Below, one piece after another: positions 56,488 to 64,000 of a DNA stretch of 64,000 nucleotides (positions are counted from its first letter, which is position 1; every line of letters starts with the position of its first letter). The position numbers were made by a program, and so were the translations under genes. The notes beneath the pieces were generated by a model that saw nothing but the letters and a program-made list of their open reading frames with translations, had not been told where the DNA came from and did not search any database. This DNA is from a virus. The stretch covers positions 1 through 64,000 of the IMG/VR virus record IMGVR_UViG_3300046519_000214; one strand, given 5' to 3'.

Positions 56488-56971
56488 GAAGACGATCATC
56501 GGCACGATCGCCAGTGCTGCTGTTGCGATCGGCGTCTCCATTGCTGAACCGGCGGAAGGTTATGTCGGCTACGTCTACCGCGATGCGGTCGGCGTGCTGA
56601 CCTACTGCATGGGAGAAACTGAAAATGCGAAGTCCATGCAGGGCCGGAAGTTTTCCAGGCAAGAGTGTCATGACCTGCTGGTTAAGCGCATGGCCCACTA
56701 CGATCAAGGTAACGCGGCATGCGTCAAGAACTGGGACGCCCTCCCCGTCGAGACTCGAGGAGCCTTCGACAGCTTCAGCTACAACATCGGAGTCGGGGGC
56801 TTCTGTGGCTCGAGCTCGGCCCGCTATCTTCGCACCGGAAACATCAAAGCCGCCTGCGAAGGAATGCTGGCCTGGAACAAGGGGACAGTGAACGGCAAGA
56901 AGGTCGTGCTCCCGGGCTTGGCGAAGCGCAGAGCGACGGAGCGGAACATGTGCATGCGGGGAGTGGAATGA
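56480..56971 (+). CDS. SAR-type endolysin (GH24 lysozyme)
   Basis: N-terminal weak TM; EG...YRDAVGVLTYCMG (E-X8-D-X5-T); YNIG; LPGLAKRR. Confidence 0.9.
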   Translation: MAKKTIIGTIASAAVAIGVSIAEPAEGYVGYVYRDAVGVLTYCMGETENAKSMQGRKFSRQECHDLLVKRMAHYDQGNAACVKNWDALPVETRGAFDSFSYNIGVGGFCGSSSARYLRTGNIKAACEGMLAWNKGTVNGKKVVLPGLAKRRATERNMCMRGVE

Positions 56972-57324
56972 TTCCTCTCACGCTCCTCGAGCCGTTAGCA
57001 AAACCGGTCCTGATCTGTGCCGTGGCAGCAGGCCTGGTCTTTGGCGGATACTTCTACGGACAGCACGTCGCGAACGAGAGGCACGAAGCGGCCGAGCTCG
57101 CCAAGTGGGTGAAGGACATCAACCTCGGAATAGCGATCGACTCTGCTGACCGCGTGAAGCGGGAACAGGATCAGAGTCGGATTACAGAATTGCAGAAGGA
57201 GCTGGCGAATGCTCGCGCCAAGATTAAGAAGCCTGACGATACCTGCTTTGACAGCGATGATGTTGAGCAGCTGTGGAACATCTGGCCTCACGGACAGAGC
57301 AAACCTGCCTCTCCTGCCCGCTGA
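56968..57324 (+). CDS. i-spanin (Rz-like)
   Basis: N-terminal TM helix and coiled coil. Confidence 0.7.
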   Translation: MIPLTLLEPLAKPVLICAVAAGLVFGGYFYGQHVANERHEAAELAKWVKDINLGIAIDSADRVKREQDQSRITELQKELANARAKIKKPDDTCFDSDDVEQLWNIWPHGQSKPASPAR

Positions 57325-57508
57325 CATCCGGACCTGTTTCGACGAGACAGTGCCTCCTCCCGAGCGTGGCAAGCGGATGTCGAAGGTGCAGGTGTACGAC
57401 AAGTTCGGGGAGTTCATCACCCTGGACGAAAAGAAGTCGTCCTGTGGTCGACGACTGATCGAGAGAGATGACGCTCTACGGACAGGACAAATAAAAAAGG
57501 CCCCGTGA
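57209..57508 (+). CDS. o-spanin (Rz1-like lipoprotein)
   Basis: Lipobox LSSC; Pro-rich; overlaps the i-spanin in another frame. Confidence 0.7.
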   Translation: MLAPRLRSLTIPALTAMMLSSCGTSGLTDRANLPLLPADIRTCFDETVPPPERGKRMSKVQVYDKFGEFITLDEKKSSCGRRLIERDDALRTGQIKKAP

Positions 57509-57519
57509 GGGGCCTTTTT
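57493..57519. terminator. bidirectional terminator between the convergent late and nrd operons
   Basis: AAAAAAGGCCCC-GTGA-GGGGCCTTTTT. Confidence 0.85.
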
Positions 57520-57520
57520 C

Positions 57521-59161
57521 TTATGCTTCACATGCCACACAGGACTCGTTCGATCGAGCCAGAGCCTGGGCCGGATTCGTCGACTCCTGATAATAGAGCG
57601 ACTTCAGACCGAGCTTGTGGGCCTTGAGGGTCAGACGCATCTGCTCCTTCGGCGTCACGTTCGGCGGCATCTTCAGGTTCAGGCTCTGACCCTGATCGAT
57701 GTAGCGACCACGAGCTGCGGCCTGTTCGATCACCTTGTCCATAGAGACCTCGCTGGCTGTCCGGAAGACGGCCTTCTCATGGTCCGTGAGGATGTCCAGG
57801 TGCTGAACCGAGCCCTCGCGAAGCAGGATCGAACGCCAGGTCTCAGCATTGTCCATGTTCTTCTGGCCGAGAACCTTCTCCAGGTACGGGTTGCGGAAGG
57901 TGAACTTGCCCTTCTGCAGATCCGGAACGAAGTAGTTGTTCTCGAACAGGCCGATGCCTTCAGAAGCTTGGCCGAGGATGAAGGCCGAGGACTTCGTCGG
58001 CGCGATCGCCATGGTGGTGCTGTTGCGGCGCTTGTAGTTGATCAGCATCTCCGGAACACCGTATTCTCGGCCGAGGAGCTCCGACGCCTCATAGGACTGA
58101 GCCTGCATCTGCTGGAAGATCTTGATGTTCAAGATCGAAGCTTCAGCGCTCTCGAACGCGATCATCTTGGACTGCAACAGCGAGTGCCAGCCGAGGATGC
58201 CGAGACCGAGGGCACGGTGATGCAGAGCGAAGCGATAGGAGCTGTCCATGAACGGCAGATCCTTCGTCTTCTCGATGTACTCGGACATGACGGCGTCGAG
58301 CAGATAGATGGCCACCTTCACCAGGTCGGTGTCCTTCCAGTCGTCATAGTGCAGCACGTTCAGGGAGAGCAGGTTGCAGACGAACGACTCTCTCGCCGTC
58401 GAGGGCAACATGATCTCGGTGCAGAGGTTGGACGACCAGATGGTCCGCTTCTGATCACGATAAACGTCCGCAGCGAAGCGATTGGCGTTGTCGTGGAAGA
58501 AGATGAACGGACGACCGTTGGCGCGACGGCGCTCGAGGATCTTGGCGAACACAGCCTGGTTGCGTTCACTGCCGGCGAAGGCGTCTTCCAGGAACTTGTC
58601 TGTGATGGATACGGCTGGCTGGACGTTCTGCAGCGGGCTGGCCTTCGTGCGGATCGTCAGATGTTCGTCGATGTCAGGGTGATCGGCCGGCAGGTAGACG
58701 GCGATCGAGCCACGGCGGACATTCGACTGGCTCACCACGGACGTTGTCGTTTCCGCCATCTGCATGAAATGGACAGCACCATAGCTCGAGCCGCCACCAG
58801 AGATGCCAGCGCCACGTCCACGGAGAGCACCATAGTAGGCAGAGGTGCCGGCGCCGTACTTGGTCTGGGCACCGATCTCGGCCGTCTTCAGCAGGATGCT
58901 GTCCATGGTATCGTCCATGAAGACGTTGTTGCAGCTGATCGGCAGGCCACGGGCGAGACCGAAGTTCGACCAGATTGGCGACGACAGGCTCATCCAGCCA
59001 TTCATCAGGTACTCGGAGATCTTCTTTCCGATGTCAGGGCGATCGAGGATCTCCCCTGCCCGCTTGCCGACCTCAGCAATGCGGTCCTCTACGGACACTG
59101 CCTCCCGCAGATATCCGCGGGAGAGAAACTTACGGGTGTCATCGGTAATCCAGGTGGTCAT
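57521..59161 (-). CDS. nrdA: ribonucleotide reductase class Ia alpha subunit (no ATP cone)
   Basis: PISC, SNLCTEI, VCNL, AIAPTKSS, DQGQSLN, KSLYY, C-terminal CVACEA. Confidence 0.95.
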   Translation of the reverse strand: MTTWITDDTRKFLSRGYLREAVSVEDRIAEVGKRAGEILDRPDIGKKISEYLMNGWMSLSSPIWSNFGLARGLPISCNNVFMDDTMDSILLKTAEIGAQTKYGAGTSAYYGALRGRGAGISGGGSSYGAVHFMQMAETTTSVVSQSNVRRGSIAVYLPADHPDIDEHLTIRTKASPLQNVQPAVSITDKFLEDAFAGSERNQAVFAKILERRRANGRPFIFFHDNANRFAADVYRDQKRTIWSSNLCTEIMLPSTARESFVCNLLSLNVLHYDDWKDTDLVKVAIYLLDAVMSEYIEKTKDLPFMDSSYRFALHHRALGLGILGWHSLLQSKMIAFESAEASILNIKIFQQMQAQSYEASELLGREYGVPEMLINYKRRNSTTMAIAPTKSSAFILGQASEGIGLFENNYFVPDLQKGKFTFRNPYLEKVLGQKNMDNAETWRSILLREGSVQHLDILTDHEKAVFRTASEVSMDKVIEQAAARGRYIDQGQSLNLKMPPNVTPKEQMRLTLKAHKLGLKSLYYQESTNPAQALARSNESCVACEA

Positions 59162-60126
59162 GCGAATAGTTCCTTCGGGTCGTATGCGACGTCGTTTTCG
59201 GTGTAGTCGACGGGGTTCTTGTGGAAGAAATCGGTCTTGTTGGTCCCGAAGACTTCTTCATCCATCCAGAGCGTCTCGATCAGCGGCCAGTTGTTCAGGG
59301 GCGACGCAATACCGATGGCCTTGAGGCTGTCCTGCAGGCGGGTGGAGACGTAGTTCTTCAGGATATCGGCGCTGATGTTGTCGTCGGCGTAATCACCGAT
59401 CATCCAGTCGATCAGCTTGCTCTCGGCCGAGTACGCTTCGATGCACTCATCACGGATGCGCTCGGTCAGTTCGAAGTCGAACAGATCGGGATATTCCTGG
59501 CGCAGCGTGTTGATGATCTTGATGCCGACCTGGGCGTGGAGCGTCTCTTCGTTCTTCGTGTACTGAACCTGCTGAGCAGTGTCCTTCAGCACGTTCTTGA
59601 AGCGGTTGAACCACATGATCGTGTAGAACTGGCTGAAGAGACTGACGTTCTCGACGAAAAGCGTGAACAGGATGATTGAGTAGACGTACTGCTTGCGATC
59701 GTCCTCGTAGACACGTTGTGCATGCTTGCGGAGATAGTTCACGCGGGCGCGAACGACATCGATCTTCAGGTTCTCTTCGAAGACCGCCTCCAGACCCAGC
59801 ACCTCGAGCAGCCGCTCGTAGGCCTGGTTGTGGATCACTTCGGTGTACGCCATGACGTAGCCGAGATCCTTGATCGCAGGGTGACGCAGGTTCCGGCCCA
59901 GGTTCGCCCAGAAGTCCTTCACGGCGATCTCGATCTGGCCGATCGCGGAGAGCGTGCGGACGACGATCTGACGCTCCTGGTCGGTGAGAGCCGTCTTGAA
60001 CTGGTCGAAGTCAGACTGGAATGAGAACTCGTTGACTGTCCATGGTGAGGAGGTGATGGCGTGGATGAAGTCGTCAGTCCACGGATACAGGTTAGGCTTA
60101 CGCGCAATTTGCTCGTTGAAAAGCAT
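59158..60126 (-). CDS. nrdB: ribonucleotide reductase beta subunit
   Basis: EVIHNQAY, ENVSLFSQF, EETLH, DFF. Confidence 0.95.
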   Translation of the reverse strand: MLFNEQIARKPNLYPWTDDFIHAITSSPWTVNEFSFQSDFDQFKTALTDQERQIVVRTLSAIGQIEIAVKDFWANLGRNLRHPAIKDLGYVMAYTEVIHNQAYERLLEVLGLEAVFEENLKIDVVRARVNYLRKHAQRVYEDDRKQYVYSIILFTLFVENVSLFSQFYTIMWFNRFKNVLKDTAQQVQYTKNEETLHAQVGIKIINTLRQEYPDLFDFELTERIRDECIEAYSAESKLIDWMIGDYADDNISADILKNYVSTRLQDSLKAIGIASPLNNWPLIETLWMDEEVFGTNKTDFFHKNPVDYTENDVAYDPKELFA

Positions 60127-60211
60127 CAGTTTTTCCTTGTTGGATGTCTTAGGTGGTGAGCCCCGCCGGCGGTCGCCATGGCGGGGCTGATGCGGTCTGG
60201 TTCAGTTAGGA

Positions 60212-60454
60212 TCAGCGGACGAAGGTGATCTTCGGACGGACGCTATTGCGCTCGCATTTGAAGAACATCTTCTCGAAATCCTGGAACCGACCCTCCTCTT
60301 TCAGCTTGGCAATCTTGGCCGGATTGGTCCGGACCTCTGCGACACTGGCCATCATGATCTTGGCGTTGTCCTCGCACTTATCCATGTCGTAGGGCAGCGG
60401 CCCCCAGGTTCCGCCGATCGAGGTGCCGACGTACAGAACGAGCCAGAGCTTCAA
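60212..60454 (-). CDS. hypothetical protein
   Basis: Coupled ORF. Confidence 0.55.
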   Translation of the reverse strand: MKLWLVLYVGTSIGGTWGPLPYDMDKCEDNAKIMMASVAEVRTNPAKIAKLKEEGRFQDFEKMFFKCERNSVRPKITFVR

Positions 60455-61017
60455 TGGAACGTCACCTTTCCATTCGTGAGGTCGATCTCCACGGCGCCGG
60501 TTGGGCTCCGGAACACTTCGGCTTCCGCCTCGAGGTCACGGTTGACTGCGAGCTCCGTGGTGAACTTGTCCGGATAGCGCTTAGCCAGCTTGGCGATGTT
60601 GCGCTCGAACACTTCCTCGAACGTGATGTCGAACTTCTTGAATAGCAGCGACAGGTACCAGAGGAAATCGCCGCTCTCGTCGACGACACGGGCGCGGATG
60701 ACATCGCGGGGATCGTCCGACAGGACGGCCTCGGAGATCTCACCGACCTCCCCCTCCATGCCGAGGATGGCATGGAGCTCGTCCTCGTCCATGAAGAACG
60801 GGAGGCCGAGCGGGTTCTTGGCGATCTCGGCGTAGTCAGTCTTCTTGAGGCGCTCGGTGTTGCCGTAGATCAGCGCCCGCTTCACTGCGTCGATGATGTC
60901 GGCCGACTTCTTGCGAGCGTCCATCAACTGGCCGACGAAGGCCGGATTGACGTTATTCAGGAAGAAGACGGGAGCGAGAGTGCGGCCAAACTGCTGCTGG
61001 TATTCAGATGCTTGCAT
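60451..61017 (-). CDS. MazG-like nucleotide pyrophosphohydrolase
   Basis: LHAILGMEGEVGEI...DESGDFLWY...NIAKLAKRYP. Confidence 0.9.
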   Translation of the reverse strand: MQASEYQQQFGRTLAPVFFLNNVNPAFVGQLMDARKKSADIIDAVKRALIYGNTERLKKTDYAEIAKNPLGLPFFMDEDELHAILGMEGEVGEISEAVLSDDPRDVIRARVVDESGDFLWYLSLLFKKFDITFEEVFERNIAKLAKRYPDKFTTELAVNRDLEAEAEVFRSPTGAVEIDLTNGKVTFH

Positions 61018-61029
61018 GTACTTGGATCC

Positions 61030-61653
61030 TTAGTGGAAGACTACTTGTTCGCCGTTGAAAACGGGGAAACCGAAAGGGAGAGCGGAGGTGGGGATGCGGG
61101 GAGTGTCGGGGAACTTCACGACATTGTCCGGTGTGGGCTGTGGCTCGCCCTGGAACTCGACCCAACGGGCCAGTTCCCAGGCCGCGGTGACCAGGTGAGA
61201 GAGAGGACCACCGTCGCGGAATGCGAGAAGCTCGTTCAGCACCCAGATCAGGCTCGGTTCCGGATCGAACTCGATGCCTTCCGGAGCGGCCGAGGTGACG
61301 AAGCGATCGTCATTGCCAACACCCTGGCTGGCGAACTCGAGCAGGAAGGCGATGTTGCAGCCGAGGTGGCCGGCCTCGGACAGGTTGCTCTCAGGGTCCG
61401 TGGTGTGACCATCGAGCATGCGGATCAGGTGACGGAGAGCGCTGTTCATGACGCTGTCCCAGCTGCCGCCCTTGCGCCAGTTGTGGCTGCTGTACTTCTT
61501 GGCGCCGAAATCGAGCACCTCACCGACGAGCCAGATCAGCTTCGTCGGGAAGGCCGAGTGGCATTCATAGGCCGAGTTGAAGATGGCTTCGAAGAAGCTC
61601 GAAGGGATGAGTGCGAGCGGGTTCTTACCCGTGTTGTAGCGAAGCATGGTCAT
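61030..61653 (-). CDS. dATP/dGTP diphosphohydrolase-domain (DUF5664-like) protein
   Basis: RYNTGKNPLALIP...FGAKKYSSHNWRKG...SALRHL...DPESNL...H. Confidence 0.85.
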   Translation of the reverse strand: MTMLRYNTGKNPLALIPSSFFEAIFNSAYECHSAFPTKLIWLVGEVLDFGAKKYSSHNWRKGGSWDSVMNSALRHLIRMLDGHTTDPESNLSEAGHLGCNIAFLLEFASQGVGNDDRFVTSAAPEGIEFDPEPSLIWVLNELLAFRDGGPLSHLVTAAWELARWVEFQGEPQPTPDNVVKFPDTPRIPTSALPFGFPVFNGEQVVFH

Positions 61654-62162
61654 CAGAGGAGTCCCAGGAAACGGAAGGTTTTGCGGAGGTTTTGTTCGGC
61701 TTCGCGCCATTCCCAGCCTTCGACACGCACGTTGAGTGGTGCCAGACCCGGGATGATGTACGGGGGCTCGAAAAGCTGCTCCATCTCGTCGGCGCAGATG
61801 CGGCGATCGTAGTGAGTGAGGAGCTCCATGTTCTCCCATGGTTCATTGAACTGCCGGAAGATGTGCATCTGCACGCTCTTCTCGAACTCGACGTAGTCAG
61901 GCAACGCCGCCTTGAAGGGATGAGGCAGATCGTTGGTGAGACCCTCGTTGAGATCGTGGAGAGCAGCCGCACGCTTCAGACCCACAGGCACCTTGTTGAC
62001 GAGGTGAACCGTGTGCTCCGCGACGGAGTAGAAGCGGTTGGTGTGGCCCGTGTAGCGGTTGAGCTTAGCGAGCGGCGGGATGAGTTCGTCGAGCGAAAGG
62101 ACTACGCCCTCGAGCGCGAACGGGTCGACGCGGCGACCGGAAGAAAGAAGGATCGCGGTCAT
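61653..62162 (-). CDS. HD-domain phosphohydrolase (YfbR/YfdR-like)
   Basis: LAKLNRYTGH...YSVAEH...ALHDLNEG...DLPHPFK. Confidence 0.88.
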   Translation of the reverse strand: MTAILLSSGRRVDPFALEGVVLSLDELIPPLAKLNRYTGHTNRFYSVAEHTVHLVNKVPVGLKRAAALHDLNEGLTNDLPHPFKAALPDYVEFEKSVQMHIFRQFNEPWENMELLTHYDRRICADEMEQLFEPPYIIPGLAPLNVRVEGWEWREAEQNLRKTFRFLGLL

Positions 62163-62163
62163 C

Positions 62164-62583
62164 TTACATGACCACCATGGTGGAGAAAAAATTCCGACGT
62201 TCAGTCGGCTTCAGACGCGGGATCAGGTACAAGATGACCCAACCATTGAGTTCCGTGGTCTGGCACATTTCGTGGGTGCCGGCGTCGTACTTCTGACGGG
62301 CGTCCGCAATGACTGCGGTGAAATGCTTCGGCCATTCTTGGCCTTGACGCTTTACAGCGATGACATTGTGCTCGTGGCCTGGGCGGCCGAGCGTCCGGAT
62401 GTCTGCCGGTTCCGGTTCAGTGACCGTCGCGATACCCACGCGGCGGGTGGCAAGTTCACGCTTACGCTGGTCGAGCAGGGCGTGATAATCGAGACCGAGA
62501 GCACGGGCGACCTTCGAGAGATTGCCGCCCGTGCGCTTCAGTTCTTCCTTAATTAGATTGGAAGTCTGCGAGTTGGTATTCAC
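62164..62583 (-). CDS. protein with an N-terminal Fis-type HTH
   Basis: ELKRTGGNLSKVARALGL. Confidence 0.7.
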   Translation of the reverse strand: MNTNSQTSNLIKEELKRTGGNLSKVARALGLDYHALLDQRKRELATRRVGIATVTEPEPADIRTLGRPGHEHNVIAVKRQGQEWPKHFTAVIADARQKYDAGTHEMCQTTELNGWVILYLIPRLKPTERRNFFSTMVVM

Positions 62584-64000
62584 TATTTTCTCCTACAGCG
62601 ATGAAGTAATCCGCTGAAGGAGATTTATGCGACACCAGTAAGAGTTGGGAGATCCTACCGGCGAGAGTTCTAAGAACATGGGCCGTTTTCTCGGCTCTAT
62701 TTTTGTCCATAGACTCGTCAATCTCATCGCCCATGAAGAGCGAAAAGACGTTGTTTGTCAGTACTTGACCAAGGCCAATTCGTAACGAGAGATTCGCCAC
62801 AGCCTTGCCAGAACCAGAGAGAGTGTCGATCGACTGATTGTCAACGAGGATGTTGAAGTCTTCGTCGACGATAATGCTCTGACGCTCACCCCCGGTCATG
62901 TGAGACAGGAGGCTGCTGGCGACCTTGTTCAGGCTCGGAACCAGATACTGCTTGATCTTCGAACGCAGGATCGTGAGAGCGTCCTTGACCCTGGACCAGT
63001 CGTCGGCTTCGAGGCGGTAGTTGGTTATCTTCCCGTGGGTTTCCGAGTAGATCTGGAACTCCCGGAACCAGACGGCGTAAGCCTGCTCGAAAGCGCGAGC
63101 CTGGTTCAGAGCCTCGATCAGATCCGGGTAGTCCTGCAGGTCGACCTCCAGCATGGTCAGCTGGATCGTCTTCTGTGCCCTCTCGGCTTCCCAGGCTTCG
63201 AACTCGGCTACCTGGTCGGACCAAACGGCGAGCTGAGCCTCATACTGCTGTGCCTCGCGGAGCATCTTGGCGTAATCAGGCTCGTCCTTGGTCTTCGTAG
63301 CTTCGAGCTGAGCCACGAGCTCTGCACGGCGGTCCTGCTGCTGGATCCCATGCTCGAGGCTGGCGAGCTGCTCGAGCGTCCAGCGGACCACTGGCTGCGT
63401 TTCCGGGGCGTGCTGGTGGATGGTCTCCCATTCCTCCTCGACGCGCTTCCAGGCGTCCAGCATCCGCTGATAACCGTCGATCTTCTCTTCGGTTAGGGCA
63501 CGGGTGTTGTACATGCGAGGCAGGGCGCTGACTTCCTTGAGCTCGGCTTTCACCTTGTCCAAAGCCTCGCCCGCGATCGGCCAGTGGTGGGTGCAGCTCG
63601 GGCAGACATGTTCGCCCTGCTCCTGGAGATCCTTCAGTTGATCGCACAGGTGGTCGAACCGCTTCTGGTTCTTCATCGCTTCCCAATCGACACGAAGCTG
63701 ATCGAGGAAGGCCTGGTTCCACTCCGGTTTGTGGTGAAGAGACTGGAACTGCCGGCGAGCTCGGTACGCTTGGGCGAGTTTGTGGTTCTCGCGGTCGGCG
63801 TTGATCTCGTCCATGGTGATGCCAGTCGCTACCGGAATACGAGCGAGCTCACCTTCCAGAACCTGGCGCTGGATCTTGCGGGCGTTCTGCTGGTCGAGCA
63901 TTTCCTGCACGATCGCGGATCCGAGTCCGTGTGGATTCGTCGGCTTGACCGGCCGCTTCTTCTCGTTCGCCAGCCAGCCCCGCAGCTGGTCGGCCTGCGA
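62549..64000 (-). CDS. SbcC/Rad50-like (gp46-like) recombination ATPase, 5' end outside the window
   Basis: Zn hook CPSC, coiled coils, LSGSGK signature, GDEIDESMD Walker B, VSH. Confidence 0.88.
   Translation of the reverse strand, partial: SQADQLRGWLANEKKRPVKPTNPHGLGSAIVQEMLDQQNARKIQRQVLEGELARIPVATGITMDEINADRENHKLAQAYRARRQFQSLHHKPEWNQAFLDQLRVDWEAMKNQKRFDHLCDQLKDLQEQGEHVCPSCTHHWPIAGEALDKVKAELKEVSALPRMYNTRALTEEKIDGYQRMLDAWKRVEEEWETIHQHAPETQPVVRWTLEQLASLEHGIQQQDRRAELVAQLEATKTKDEPDYAKMLREAQQYEAQLAVWSDQVAEFEAWEAERAQKTIQLTMLEVDLQDYPDLIEALNQARAFEQAYAVWFREFQIYSETHGKITNYRLEADDWSRVKDALTILRSKIKQYLVPSLNKVASSLLSHMTGGERQSIIVDEDFNILVDNQSIDTLSGSGKAVANLSLRIGLGQVLTNNVFSLFMGDEIDESMDKNRAEKTAHVLRTLAGRISQLLLVSHKSPSADYFIAVGENSEYQLADFQSN

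Noticed and set aside
57521-60126. Possible intein or intron in nrdA/nrdB
   Set aside because: Both ORFs are continuous and compact with no insertion or homing endonuclease motifs
60451-62162. Calling this a Z-genome (2-aminoadenine) phage
   Set aside because: No purZ is visible in the window, and these hydrolases also occur in unmodified phages; kept only as a hypothesis
1-64000. tRNA/rRNA genes, integrase, IS elements
   Set aside because: No cloverleaf or T-loop GTTCRA context in the intergenic gaps I inspected, and no recombinase or transposase motifs recognised; tRNAscan-SE would be needed to exclude tRNAs formally

Overview
This is a 64-kb slice of a GC-rich tailed-phage genome with a siphovirus-type, lambda-like tail module. 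The host is almost certainly an alphaproteobacterium of the Rhizobiales: there is a DUF982 gene, a GAAC-N7-GAAC LexA box and TTAA-N7-TTAA CtrA-like boxes. It looks like a temperate phage-plasmid. No integrase is visible, but there is a ParA plus small DNA-binding partner cassette flanked by centromere-like repeats (7.2-8.7 kb). There is also an HTH gene inserted in the tail operon, preceded by what looks like a counter-transcribed RNA unit, which is the architecture of a plasmid replication initiator (45.4-46.5 kb). Layout: 1-20.6 kb is a minus-strand accessory/early region (RtcB RNA ligase missed by the ORF track, TerB, TAXI binding protein, RNAP alpha-CTD-like protein, PAPS-reductase-like protein, glutaredoxin, M28-type peptidase, a six-copy DUF6197-like paralog family, many small ORFs). 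20.7-23.6 kb holds the primase-helicase. 23.8-57.5 kb is plus-strand packaging, fibre cassette, head, tail and lysis genes. 57.5-64 kb is minus-strand nucleotide metabolism (nrdAB, MazG-like, dATP/dGTP diphosphohydrolase, HD hydrolase) and an SbcC/Rad50-like ATPase. All assignments come from motif recognition by eye; no database searches were run.
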